The notes under the pieces were generated by a model. It was not told where the DNA came from, made no database searches, and saw only the letters and a list, made by a program, of their open reading frames with translations. A stretch of 64,000 bases of DNA from Octopus sinensis (taxonomy: Eukaryota), in assembly GCF_006345805.1 (NCBI RefSeq), contig NC_042998.1:123876001-123940000 (forward strand), in the 5' to 3' direction. Below are positions 36,271 to 50,534 of the stretch, piece after piece. The stretch's first letter is position 1; every line of letters starts with the position of its first letter. A program made the translations under genes and the position numbers.

Positions 36271-39200
36271 TTTTGAACATGTTTTATGTATGAGTGCACT
36301 TATGTGAGATAAATAAAGATATAGAGACTCTGATTCATAGAGAGAAAGAGACAGACAGACAGACTGACAGATAATAATGTAATATATTACGTGCTGTTTG
36401 TAAGACTCCGGAAACGGTTATCTAAGTTAGTCAGAAGAACAGTTATCAGCTACAGGAACTAAATTAAGTATTTAAGAATCAATATTGGAGGCTACAAGTT
36501 GAAAAATGATATTTACTCAAACAATGTTCCACTACAACAATAACGGAAGCTCTATTTCTGACAAAAGTAGACAACCAGAGCTCACTTTTCAATGGAAAAT
36601 ACTAACGTTGTTCCCATCGGGAATATGCATACGTTTTCCCGTTTAATCTGTTTTGATAAAATATTTCATTTAATATCACTGAATAAGTAATATTTATATT
36701 CCATGTTATCATATTTGATGCATATTTCTAATGAAAATATTGACCCATATTCATTCACATATACGCAGTAGTTGCAACGATTAACTGAATAGATTGCTTG
36801 GTTGAAGCATTGGAAGAAAACTGCAAGTGACGTCATTATGAGACATGAAGACACTGATTTTGTGGCCTGTACCAGGAAATTGAACCGATACTCGATTACC
36901 GTAGTAGTATGATGGCTACTCGGTAAAGATATACGGACAGAAGTTTCCTATAAAATACAGTGAAGATGTTGCCATGCAGACAATAGTTGCACTTGATTGT
37001 TTAGGCAATGTGGTAAAGATGTAGTTAAATGAAGATATATAAAAGAATATTCTGACATTACAGCTAGTAATCATGTCAATCCAAAGTAGAGAATTAAATA
37101 TACCCTTGCTATTTATCTCATTGCTAAATAAAAATGTTATTGCGGGGTAAAGGGTGCTGGTAATTGGACTGCCATTGTACTTTATAATGAAGGGTAGATG
37201 ATCTAATAAAATAAGAGTTGTAATTACAGAAAGAAGGCTAAATAGTAGCGATGTGTGCCAGGCGCCATTGGTAAAAATACGTAAAAATCATTTATTTAAG
37301 TGCTTTGTGATTCTGATTTTTATTTCAACAAAATTAACTAAAACTCTTTCTGTCCGAATCAGGTAACATAGTATGAGTAAGATTTATAATAGAGTAGGAC
37401 ACACACTCCTTATAAACTGAGACAATACAAAATTCTTATAATTATATGCATTCGAGTAATTACGTCTGCGATGGCTGACAAAGTCATCGCTTGACTTTAA
37501 GAGTGTAATAAGTGATATACAACCTAAGGGTGGCATTTGCAAGATACTTAACCTAAACTTTGGAATGTGACAAGGCGTAGTTTTAATGTCATTGACATTC
37601 GTGACATACAATTACTCAATTACCGTATGGAGTGTAATGGCCGTTTGGTGAATAAAGTACCCCATTCGATCTCTATACTCCGATGAAGTCCATACATAGG
37701 TTGCTGAGCCAGGTGGTTCATAGAGACGATTACATGCTATTTAGATGTCAAGTGCAACTATATTCCTTTCGATACATTTCTATAAAGTGAGAGACTATAG
37801 GAGAGAGGTTTCCCAAATCACTCAGTTTACGGAAGCGTTACTAATAATTGCTGCAACAGGTGAAGGACAAGACAAATATTGAAGATATTGTTAAACTTGT
37901 GGTCCACAAATTTAGAGCAATTAATATGTTATCTTCAGAGCATATGGTCTAGTTTCGAAATCATCGTAATTCTTTTATACATTGGGTGAGATGAAATGGT
38001 TATTATCGCTTTATCGCTTTCATATGTCCGTATGTGTGTGTTTATTCTGCCGATGTATCTATTACAAATTATGGAAAACTTAGACACAGTATTCGGGCTT
38101 TCGGGGCCATAAATTGTGCAGAGAATTCAATAAATTTGCTAGGAATTCGCTTGGCTTTCGTCCAGACAATCGCATTTCATTTCTCGGATCATGAGCCACG
38201 TGTTATTTTTATTATGGTAGTCTATAGTGTAGCAGGTGTTAGTAGAAACTGATAAAATAGAGGAATTTTTGCAAGCGTTAATAGGAAGTAAACATTTCAT
38301 GCACTGCTGCTGAACCCTTTAACGTATTTGCGTTTATAGTGTTTAATGCATTGGGGTTTGTACGCGAGCTGTTTAATATATTTGGTTTTATAGTGAGAAA
38401 TATGAAATGACACATACAATGGATCAGTTCCGTTCACCTGTCCTACTCTCAGATTTTAAAGATCACGTAAAACGGTCTGGTTACTGTCTAATTAGTTGGC
38501 AAGGAGTTTGAGTATATGAACGCGTGGATTAGTGGGATTAGGTAAAAATAAGAGTTACACGGGGATAACAGTTATAAGTAATGATCCCGTTTAGCAATAC
38601 TTTTTATTTTACACTCGTTCATTACAGTAACCTTATATCGACATAGGTGATGTCTAATAAATGTTCCTACCCGAAGTTTTAATAACAGACAAGGTTAAAT
38701 ATCAATAATGATATATACGATCACATCAACCCATCTCCTATTATATAGTTGTGTATATTGGGTGAATACACATTAATAGTTCCGTAATCACCAAATCACA
38801 AATTGGGTTTTAATCATTTTCTCAGTATCATGTATAATTTGAATTTAATGAAGGTACATTAGTATTTTTATAAATTTAAGTCTTACGCTTTGTAGATCTT
38901 CTATACTTCGCGCGAACTATTGGCAGAAGAATGATCATAATATCTGATTCCAATATGTATTTTAACTCAAGCAACACAGCCCAAATTATTGTTTCGGTGA
39001 CGATACTTTTGTGAAATTTCCAAAAGTGGTTTTATATATGCATATATATATATATATATATATACATGTGTGTGTGCGTGCATGTATGTGTGTGTGCGTG
39101 CGCGTGTGTATGTGCGAGTGTGTGTGTATCTGTATCTGTGTGCGCGCGCGCGTGTGTGTAATTTCAATGTTTACAAATAGCACGGAAAAACTAAACAAAT

Positions 39201-39346
39201 AGTTACCAGGCAGCAAAAGTTCACACAAGTACCAAGGATGCAACAGCCTACGTATAAAGGTAGAAATTCCAGGTTTTGGTGAAATGTTTTTGTGTATATA
39301 TAAATAAATAAATGGAGTTTCACGCAGGTGTTATTCAAATCTTTTT

Positions 39347-39436
39347 ACTTCTAACATATGTTTCGAAGAAAACACTGGTATTATTCCAGAAGGAATAAAA
39401 TGGCATAAAACAAAGCAATCTTCTCATCAGGGAAAT
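39347..39436 (-). ncRNA. Type I hammerhead, core intact, cleavage site decayed (GUC^G to GUU^A)
   Basis: AUUUCC CUGAUGA GAAGA [49 nt] UCUUC GAAA C-AUAU-G UU^ AGAAGU. Confidence 0.7.
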
Positions 39437-40377
39437 AAAGAAACCAAACACATCAATAAGACATTTTAACAGAATGTAATGACTGCGTATATGATGAAGG
39501 GAACGCTGGCAAGTTTATTTTTTAAAAACCGTTTGTAGGTACTTTATAGAAAGAGAAAGAGGAGAAAGAAATTAGCAGTGCTTATAAACGTATTTACAAG
39601 AGGATTCTCTGAGAGCAGGATGAAATACGTTTCATCATTGCAAATTGATTTTATTAACACTAACCATTCTTTAAATAATAATAGCAGCGGTGTCAGTGTC
39701 TCTGATGTTGATTTCAATCGCATTCGTTTCCTTAGCGGTAATTCTAAGACGAGAAACTCTATTTATCAATGTAAATTTACTTACGGTCCTGACGTCATCT
39801 CAGTTGTCCAAAAGAATATCTAATCATTAATCTACATTTAGACATATCAATAAACTTAACAATACTGGGCTTCGTAAATTTATTTGGTATTTAAATTATC
39901 GTAATAAACAGTTTGATTTGGAATGGAATATTCTATCTATATCTTTTCCATATAATAAAGGTAAATCTTTTTTTCTGCTTTGCAATGATGAAATATATTT
40001 CACCCTGTTTTCAGAGAATCCTGTTGTAAACACGTTTATCGTTGCAAACATTGGAAAAAAAAAATTTTGTTCCTATAAATGATTTCTACCATTCTATAAA
40101 ATTTGACCTTTGACTGTCACTTCCACTTACATTTCACTTCTACTATATATATATATATCTACTTCCAAGCCTTTAAGCTTTATTCCTATTCATCTATTAC
40201 TCTATATCTCTCCACTGCTAATTTCTTTCTTTCTTCTCCTTCGCTTTCTATAAACTATTTTGCCCTTATATCTACTAATGTTTTTTTTAAAAATAAAACC
40301 TTGCTAGCGTTCCCTTCATCATATACTCAGTCATCTATATTCTATTAAAATTTCTTATTGATGTGTTTGGTTTCTTT

Positions 40378-40465
40378 ATTTCCCTGATGAGAAGATTGCA
40401 TTGTTTTAAACCGCTTTATTCCTTCTGGAAAAATAGCAATATTCTCTTGGAAATATGTCGGAAGT
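40378..40465 (+). ncRNA. Inverted partner hammerhead, stems II and III damaged, GUC^GG retained
   Basis: AUUUCC CUGAUGA GAAGA...UUCUCUUG GAAA UAUG UC^ GGAAGU. Confidence 0.6.
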
Positions 40466-40498
40466 AAAACGATTTGAATGAAACATGCGTTTAACTCC

Positions 40499-40532
<34 letters not shown>

Positions 40533-40628
40533 GCACAGACAGACACATATATATAGTAAATAAACGCACACGTACATACATACATATATACATACATACG
40601 CATACACACACACACACGCACACACACA

Positions 40629-40675
<47 letters not shown>

Positions 40676-41063
40676 GCATATATGTATACATATATATATA
40701 TATATATATATACATGACGTGACGGGATTTGATTATTGGGTTCGACTTAAACAGCTGACACTGCACTCTGCAACATCGCCATGAGCGATATATTATATGC
40801 AGCACGTGGAAAATATTCCACCAATATCATACAGATTGTATCGGTATTATGTTTACAATGCACCCAAGACTAGTCCCCCGTGGAATGTGTCCCCTACAAA
40901 GTTCGAGATCACACCACATAAGAACATTGTGACACAATTTCTTAACTGCAAATGGTCCTGTTCTTTTCAATGTTATCCCGAAAGAAATTAAAGTCGAAAT
41001 AGACCCCAAAATTTCCAACGGTAATTGGGCAAATCAATAAAGTACGATAAATAGTAAATAGTA

Positions 41064-41190
41064 GTAAAATGACTACGCGCGTTTCGTGGCTATGTTTTCA
41101 AATAGATAATAATAATAAAATCAATTCGATTTCAAATTAAATCGAACTAAAATTAATTCCATTTAATAATGTAGTAACTCATCATCTTTA
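41064..41190 (-). ncRNA. Decayed hammerhead remnant related in design to 35269-35376
   Basis: GAAAC-GCGC-GUA^GUCAUUUU intact; 5' core reduced to AAAGAUGAUGAG (deletion). Confidence 0.45.
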
Positions 41191-43393
41191 AGATGATATA
41201 TAATAAAAAAAGTAATAATAGAATAAATGTACTTATCTTAACTTATACTAATTATCAAATAAATATATAAAACAAATACGTTTATTAACTATAAATAATC
41301 GAAAAGCATTTAACCATATTTCTTAAAATAAAAACATAAGTATTTTTCGAAGGATTTTCGATAACTAAAAATTTAAACGTAAAACGTAGAACTTAGCGTT
41401 TATAAGAAATACATCGCATGAAAATATGGTGTAATAAGAATTTATAGAACAAATAAATAGAAATATTTTTTAAGCTAGTAAAATTACAAATGTATTATAT
41501 CTGTAAGAATAAGGAAAAAAATTAACTTTAATATACCATTAACTGGAAATATTGTAAAGTCTAAAAATTTTAAATACTAAATACGTAAAATACATAATAT
41601 AATTGGTGGAAATGGAAGTGGTGGTGTTGGAGATGATGTTGGTGGAAGTGGCAGTGGTGAGTGAATAGTGAAAAGTATATTTCTTTCAACTGAACTATTT
41701 TTTTTTATATCACCTATCATTTAACGCATGCGCATAAGTGCAATGCTGGGAAATATTCACGGTTACTTACGTGAAAGATATGTGCAATTTATCTATAGGT
41801 TGTATCATATGTACGGTGATGTTTTTTGTGTATGGGGAAAATAGAAAAATAAGAGTGAATATTTATTCTATGAATGTTGTGTATTAAGCCTACAAAACTG
41901 TGCATAAAGTATATAGTGTATATATAAAGTGAATTAACTACTCATCGTATTCCAATTTCTTTCAGTTATCAGTAAGTAGCAGATGAGCGACTATTTTTCC
42001 ACACAGACCCAATACTGGCTACACTTTCAGGGTTTTTGGATAAAGTTTTCAGACATAGCCCACGAGGTTTACCATTAATTCTGTGAAATTCTCACGGGTC
42101 CCCGTAAGTATATTTGAAAAGAAATGTGAGGAATAGAATGACGTCATACATCTACAAAAAATCGTAAAAATTTATTGAAAACATGTTTGCAGATGCATTC
42201 TGACTGCTGGGGATAGTGTGCTGCTGAAGTACTGTTTAACTGTGAGGATCTTAGTCTTGAATATAAGCGTACATGTTTCCCACTCAGAAATAGAATATCC
42301 CAATAACCTGAATACATCTGCAAAAAAATGAACTCAACTGAAAGCGCATATCAAATGTGATAGTATATAAAGAAAATGTAAAGCAAAAGCTGTTTCATGT
42401 TTTGAAATCGCATGTGTAGGGGTAAAAACATACCTTCAAAGCGTAATTCACTTCGCATATTCCTTCAGTCAAACTCAAATCGCTGAAGAAAATCATCTTT
42501 ACATAATTATCTCATTCTTATTTCATCATTTTCTCCATATACTAGAATGCATCAATTTTAGTATAATTGAATTCATTTAAGGTTGTGTATTGAAAGCGAA
42601 ACAATTACGTTGGAGACGTTTTATAAGTTATTTAAAACACGCGGCTTAAAACTGTTGGTATGTGCTATTTTTAGATGCTAAGAATTATCAAAAGTTATAT
42701 AGTAATTAACAAAATTCCATCATATCTCTACATCCAGGTCACTCTCTAATTACTGATCGCTGACCAGCAAGTGAAATTCAAAGGAATTGTTCAATGAAAA
42801 GTATTTAACGCTTGTTCTTTGCAAAATACTTTTATATATCACAAAGTGAAACTAGAATGAATAAATCGACGACGTGTGTCATTTGAATGTTTTTCCTTTC
42901 TCACACAGACATACATTTTACACATATACGCGTGCATGTATGTATGTATGCATGTATGTATGTATGTATGTATGTATGTATGTATGTATGTATGTATGTA
43001 TGTATGTATGTATGTATGTATGTGTATGTATGTATGTATGCGTATATCAGTGTTTGTATGCGTGTATGTGTGGAAGGGCATGGTTATATGCTTTTATGCT
43101 TATGTATGTATATTTTCTGGATATTTAATTATCTTGCAACATGTTACAGACCACCGTAATCGTAAGCATATTTAACTACTGGTGTTATAATCATCACGTA
43201 CACCACATTATTAAAACTGTAACTTATATCAATCCAAACTAAATCGAAAATATATTAGCAATTGTCGAGATACGAACATATTGAATTTTATGAGATAAAT
43301 TTCCTAATATACAATAACCTATATTCTAAATTTCTGCAAAGCAATTTACAAGTCTGTACTGCTAACTTCTCTATTGTTTCACAGACCGAAATT

Positions 43394-43427
<34 letters not shown>

Positions 43428-45519
43428 TTAACATATTTCCGTTACAGTCTGAGGATACGATAGCACCTAATACAGTCAATAAACACCCTTCTTCAACGTG
43501 TATTAACTGTTTAGTTAACTTTAGATACTTGAAAAACCATCAGCCTGACAACAGTTCCGGTAATACATGAAAACACAATTTTGAATCATTGAATCTGTCC
43601 ATTTTGTATTTAAAAGAAAAGAATATCACAATTTCCTGTTGCAGTCCAAGAGTTATTTTATGAGGAGCCGATGTCCAGTCTAATGTAAAGTGCTTGTTAT
43701 TTCAAAATTTATGAATCTATTTATCAAAATACTTTCCGTCTAATCTATCAGGAAAATATCTGTTTTCATTGGTAGCAATTCAACGCATAATATATTAAAA
43801 TTTACAATATATCTGAATTGTAAGGGATAATATGAAAGTTGAATAATATAAAGAAAACAATAATAGTTTCTATACTAAGCTCTGTAATGGAAATAAAGGG
43901 CTTTTCAAAACTTTATATTACTATATACAAAATCGAAGAATCATTATATCACGTCATACTAAACTGGAATTGGCGGCACAGATTTTTAACCGAAAGGGTT
44001 AGTATACTGATATAAACCACATTAAAACTATCTTATCATTGGTCTGAAATTTTCCAAAGGTAAGATGCTTATGGGAATTGCTGAGAAGATCAAAACCATT
44101 GTCTTCTCTTCAAAATCTCGTCACCTGTATAGTGTATTCACTACCGCATGGTATTGGTTTAAATGAAAACATACTTGTGCAGGCTGAAAACCTAAAAATG
44201 TGACTTCTTTAATCTCTTCAAGATGATTAAATTTTTTTCTTTATTTGTGAGAAATGTCTGACCTAAACATAAAAACCTGAGAGGAAAATTTCCAATAATT
44301 GAAAAAAAAAAAAAAAATGCGTTCCAAATATATGTCTCAATAAATTGAAAGATTTTCCAAATATATTATTTCTTGTTTGCAGTAAGCTTCAGAAAATTAT
44401 TTTAAATCTACTGGATTCCAGAGTCGTAAGTCTAAAAGTTTTGCCATGTAAAACTTTAAAAGATAAATTAATGAAAACAGAATATTTAGCTGTATTGTTT
44501 GACAAGTTTTTTCTTTTAAGTATTTTATTAGTATAGTTATATAAACAGATAATTGAATATATATGTTTATTCCTTTCAACAATAAACATGCCGAATAAAG
44601 CAATTATATGTTAAAGCAGTCAAATGTCATTTGATTTATAATTTGATTTTTATTGAAAGCATTTTTTTTGCATAATTTTATATTATATTAACTTCAGTGA
44701 ATGAAGTTGAAATTTAGTATTGTTATTGAATAATTGTTATTGTTTATTGCTACATTTGTTACCGTTACTACTCTTAATTATTATTGTTGTTACTAATGTC
44801 TTTTAGCCGTTATTGTTGAATTTCTGATGCGTTAGTTTATGTTATTCTATAGTGTTATTTAGATGCCATTAAAATTCTTGTTAAATTAACTCGGAAAATA
44901 TGACGCATTATTTTCATTTATTCACATGTATATACACTTCCTATTAGGAGAAAATATAAAATTACTATTTGCTTTGTCTTATTTTTAGCTCATTTAATAT
45001 TAAATTGTCAATTCTTGTTTCTCACTTATCCTGATTATACTAAGCAATATGATTATAAATAGGACGAAGACAGGTAATAAGACTAGTGTAATGGCTAAGT
45101 GGTTTTATCTTTTGCCAACCTCTCAAAATCCACAGTCAACCTAAGACAGCTATATACGAAAAATAAATAAAATTGTTCTTAGAGTAAGGTGAAAGAAACA
45201 CAAGAACAAGACTAATATAGTTTCTTTTTAAATCTGATCTTATCAATTGCAGCTGACAACTTATAAGATATTTCAGTCTTATTAGGTCTTGTCACTGACC
45301 ACACAATCAGTAGACCAATTTCTTTAGCATTGTTATTGTTTATTTCCAGGCTTCTTTCTGATTGAGAAGAGCCATCGTAAAAGATGCCCTAGTCATAGTT
45401 ATTCCATATTGTTTGTATATCTAGCAAAATCAACTTTACCCAATAGTCCTTTTCTCTCTCTCTTTGAACATGATACTGAAATTTAGATTATATCTCAAAC
45501 CGCTTGAACGAATACAAAT

Positions 45520-45950
45520 ATATTCTCTGTTGAGCAATCTAAAGATTGCAGCATACATAAAATAGATATATAATTGAAGTTTTGAATGAAATACACATTT
45601 ATTTGATGATACATTAATAATTTATCACTCGATATAAGTGGCATAAGAGCATGGCGAATGCAGGTTTTTATTTTAGACACGCATGTATTGGCAACTAGAC
45701 CAAGGTAATTCCTGCTTTCTTCAAATAATAAAGCAAACAGTAAGATTGAAATGCTAAAGTGTTTTGTTTTAGCAGAGTTGTCTTCCCAAATGCAGAAAAT
45801 AAGAGGTGGATGCAGATCTGACAGGAACTCACACACAGTTAAGTGCAATAAAAAAAAAATGCTTCGTAGGGATTCGACTTTACATTCGGAAATATTTGTC
45901 ACTGAAGCTCAGCACAAGCTACAAAAGTTGTACTGCCACAAATTGCTGAT
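45520..45950 (+). pseudogene. Possible piggyBac-like transposase C-terminal remnant
   Basis: GIRAWRMQVFILD resembles RRWP.QVF.NILD; FVLAEL; Cys-containing tail. Weak and heavily decayed. Confidence 0.3.
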
Positions 45951-46689
45951 AAAGAGAAAACGATTAAATGCAACATTAAAAATGTTTTAAATGTAATAAT
46001 AACATACTGATTATGCAACCATAATTATCCATAAGTTTAAATTTCGCCATAAGTGGATATGGAGATTATAAATTGTAAATATACTTGGTATTGAAACGTA
46101 TCCGTATATGTGTATGAATATGTATGTATTAACACGTAGTACAAAATAGATGTATAGAAATGATTGTAATAGATGTATTGGAATGGTACTTGATAAAATA
46201 ACAAAACTAAAAAAGAAGAGATATTCCCTGAAGTATGTATTGTGACTTCGTAATTTCACATTATAAGGTAGAATTTAGATAGGTCTCTAAGATATGCTCA
46301 AATAACAATAAATGAATTTCGATCGCTAAGGAATTACTGATGACATTATATTCATACTCCACAGATCTCCTTCTGATGATAAACCAATTTCTCTATTGTT
46401 ATGAGCGACTAGAACTTTATACAAGTATAGTAATTTGATGGTTATATGAACACCTAAATATTTTAGCTCGATTCAATAAAATTTTATTATTCGTAGCCTC
46501 TTCATCAGTATTTCATATTAGAGTATATGTGATATTAATCGAGTCGCATAAATACAATTTTTACTGATCACTGTTAAAGTTTGAGTGTTATACGTACATG
46601 TGTATGTTCTCTTTTCTTTTTAATTTTTCATGTTCTTCCTATGAGGAAGGACCTGGTTTCTAAAAACAGGTAGAAAGCTTCATCGTTGG

Positions 46690-48900
46690 AGTGTAGATAG
46701 CAGCAAAATATCTCACGTCTTAAACATGAGAAACGCCTTGTAAATTTTACTGTTCCACTTATTTCTAATATGCGAATTAGTAGGTCGATTCCTTTTTCTG
46801 AAAACACTTACTTACACTGTTTGACATTTCGGTATTTACTTACAAACACAAATGCACCGATCTTTATTATTACATTTGTAAATTTATAATCTGAGTATAG
46901 AAACTGGACGTTTCGTGTCAGTTGTCCATAATTGCCCTCCTCTTTGATTTTCAAAGAGATGTTCATATTAGTACGACAGCTGACTTCTATAACGGTGCAT
47001 ACATTTTCTTGACTGCCTCAAACAGCAATATCCGACCAATTATGTTTACACTTAGTACATATGTGAGTGACTGTTCCACCGGGATACCTTGTGTTGAGGT
47101 TTGCGTGTATATTCAATAACAGGAGGAGTTTTCTATATTTATTCCAAGACGTTCTCTTTTCTGAATGGAATTACATACTGCTTTTGTGAGAACGTCGTGT
47201 CGCAGATGGAAATAGTACCTTCATGAAACTTTTGAGCAAGTGCTAATTACATACGTGATATGTTCCACAGAAATATGATATAATATACATTTTCGGTTAC
47301 TATTTCTACGTCCAAGAGCTTCACTGTCATTTGTTTATTAGGTATTTCGTGGCAGTCTCCTGTTCTTGGGTTGGAAATGCATAATCTTCAATATAGCATG
47401 TGATGTAGCGATGACGAGTCCAAGAGAAGCTGTGCATCATGTCGATATTACAGTCTTCTTCATGTCGTCGGGATACATGCCCAGGCATAGCCTTTCTTTT
47501 TTTATTTTGATATGATGAGCGTTTCACATCCCGGTCTTTTCTGTGGTATGTTAATCCGTCTATTTGGGGTTATTTGGGAGATCATCAGAAAGAGAGTGCT
47601 CTCTGACGAGGTTGCTGCCAACAGATATGACTTTCTGCTCTTCACTTTTCAGAACTAAGTTCCTGCATTTAATTTTGCTGCTTTTGTTTAACCATTATAG
47701 CCTAAATACGATATTCGAATACTGTCTGCGTTGATCTAAAGCTTTTACCACTTTCTTCTCTTCTTAGGTAGAGCCTGTCGTTATCATTATTTCTGTGGAA
47801 ATGTCCAGTTGATGTTAGCATTTTGCGAGTTTTAACGTCTATAGAGTGAATATCTTTTACTGACTAGTCTAGTATCCCAAATACTGGAATCAAAAACTTG
47901 TACTGCAATTACCTTGCGAGATATTTTCTTTCTGTATGAGGAGAGGTCCGACTGTGATATCTTACTAAGTCTGGTATAATACTCTCGATCAGTCTAGCTT
48001 TATCCAAAGTACCTTTGTGCGATATGATTACATTAATGCCAAGTTATTTGTCGCAATCTTTATGTGAAACGATTAATACACAGATTTTTGTGTCGGTGGT
48101 GGGGGTATCTTCCCCGTTCAGCAATGAAATATGATTATTTTTTACAGCCAAACTCCCTTCTTATGTCAGCTAAATATGTTATTAATTCCAGCTGTTTTTT
48201 GGAATTGTTAACATTTTAACATAGATTTTGGGGTCATTCACAAATGATGTTTTATTATATTAATATGTGTAGCAAGTGCTTCAGAGCCTTTCTCCCGAGA
48301 GTTTTACAGTGCACCTGCCGATTCTTCACTGATGTGAGGCCCCCACCTACAAGTTCAACTGATAGATATTCGACCTCAAGTCCATTTGGGGACTATCGTC
48401 TCTCCGGCCATCTTTTAACTTCTTTTCAGCTATATCCTATAGCTGGCCCTCTCAACTGACAACTGGATCACTCACTAAATGGTATTTGCTTCCTGTTATT
48501 GGACTCTAATTTATATCAGCCGAGGAAAGTGTACTGCTATCCTACCTGCATCTATGCAGTCTTCCAGAAGTATCTCACAACACTTGTCTTTGCTAAACTG
48601 GATTGCCACTGGGTTGTGTTCGTGTGGCACATTTAGATAAACAAGATGTTTTATCTTACATTCCTCACACCATGTTGTCATATCCGACTTCTTCCTTATT
48701 TGTATTGAAATGAAGCATCCACATCCAACAAGATGTGCTACCACATCCCAAAGACCATTCTAGTTCTCAAAATTCAGTTTTTTGCTTCTTTTGGGTAACA
48801 ATCTTGACCTTGACGGACAAACGTCATAAGCTGTTTACTGCCATCCTTCTGTAGTGTCTTGCCATTATTGATCGCTTCCATCTGCTTCTTATTGGGTCTA
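46690..48900 (-). mobile_element. R4/Dong-like non-LTR retrotransposon 3' part (RT to RLE), degenerate
   Basis: Minus strand: QFSKDKC, DRLYLRREE, YIEDYAFPTQEQETATKYLINK, CILYHISVEHITYVISTC...RHDV, CKHNWSD (NRPD), IEVSC, KEEGNYGQLTRNVQ, IKIGA, ISGTVK. Confidence 0.8.
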
Positions 48901-49016
48901 TGAAGACACTCAGTAATAGATTGCATACGTTTTATTTCTCTCTTCCTCTCTATCTGTCTACATATATCACACACACACACATATATGTATGTATATATAT
49001 ATATAATATATATATA

Positions 49017-49080
<64 letters not shown>

Positions 49081-49871
49081 AGTAAAGTCGCTGACTGTAA
49101 TATCTCAAGAACCTATGAGAGCAGTAGCTACATTAATAAGTAATGTTAATCGCCATATCAAAGTGGCTGTTCAATGTTACTACTAGTTCAACACCAGGCA
49201 GATCAGTAGTCCTGTCGTCTGCTGGACGATGGTAGGGCTTCATTCCCTTTATGGCAATATATACGTACAGGGTGTAGTGCTGCACCGATAACCAGCTGGC
49301 TGAAAAGCTACTTGAGGGTAAAGTAGTAGTAACATGGAACAGCCACCTTGCTGTGGTGATATGAGAGGTTTTGGTATACAGAAGATCCAAAAGGCAATTA
49401 AGGCTATGTTAGTGCTACGAAAAGACCGCTGTTAGACTCCCTGTGGAGTGTAATGCGGGTTGTGTGTCAGCGTGTATATGTTGAATAAAATGAGACAGCA
49501 AAGGCAAGTTAGTGTGAGATTTCTAGGACATTTATAAAGAGAAAGGTAGACTCACAGCTGTTTAAGAGATATAAAACTTATCCCATAATCAGAGGTGATA
49601 TGAGATAGTTAAATAGAAGGAAATCAGAGAGTTCAATATAAGAAGTTATTTTGGAAAAGCAGAGATATGGGAAGTATGAGAATAACAATAAAAAATATAT
49701 GTTTGATGTTACAGTTTCATTGTGTGACTGCAAATGTAACATCTAACAGTTAAAAGAATGCCAAAGCAATTAGAAACCTTTACATTGCTACTAATGATAT
49801 GATGCATTGGACGCCCATTTGAATTGTGAGCATATCAGATCATATGAGGTATCGTAAAATATTTTTTTCAA

Positions 49872-50077
49872 CTCTAGGCACAAGGCTCGAAATTTTGGGG
49901 GAGAGGCCTAGTTGATTAGATCGGCCCCAGTACGCAACTGGTACTTAATTTATCGACCCCGAAAGGATGAAAGGCAAAGTCGACTTCGTCGGAATTTAAA
50001 CTCAGAACGTAACAACAGACGAAATACCAGTAAGCATTTCGCCTGGCGTGCTAACGTTTCTGCCAGTTCACTGCCTT
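49872..50077 (-). mobile_element. SINE copy (well preserved)
   Basis: CCCCAGTACGCAACTGGTACTTAATTTATCGACCCCGAAAGGATGAAAGGCAAAGTCGAC...TTTCTGCCAG. Confidence 0.85.
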
Positions 50078-50534
50078 GGCGTCGTAAAATATTATACCCG
50101 TTCTGATTGGTATCGAAGTGATTTCTCGATTGTACTTTTAAAGAAGTGGGCTTTTAGTCCACATTGATCATAAAGTTAGTGGATGTGTCTAATGTTATCC
50201 TTAACGAGATAGTTACGTCAGTTTAAGATAATCCTGTTTGACTCGAATGGAATAATTAAACAAGGATCTTATTACTAGGAATTACATTTTTCTTGTACAA
50301 AATAGTGCTTTATTTATGCTTGCTGGGTTAACCATTATAACTGACGAGATAGGTTTTAGCAAAAAAATACAACTGTCACCAGAATTGATATAGAATTTAA
50401 CAACCTTGATTAAAGAGGGAGTTAAGTGAATGGAAAGAATAGGTGAGTGATTTTGTCAAGAGTAAATATTCCCGATTCGTCTATGCTAAGCACGAACAAT
50501 TTATTAATTTTGCAAACCCGATTGATTTAACGCA

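Larger units (their letters stand above)
39292..40530 (-). mobile_element. PLE 3' remnant flanked by about 300-bp inverted terminal repeats
   Basis: 39292-39580 is the diverged reverse complement of 40212-40530; the interior minus strand reads RLRITAKETNAIEINIRDTDT, weakly GIY-YIG C-terminal-like. Confidence 0.7.

Noticed and set aside
46453-46514. Minus-strand CUGAUGA followed by a hairpin
   Set aside because: GAAA and the cleavage triplet are missing.
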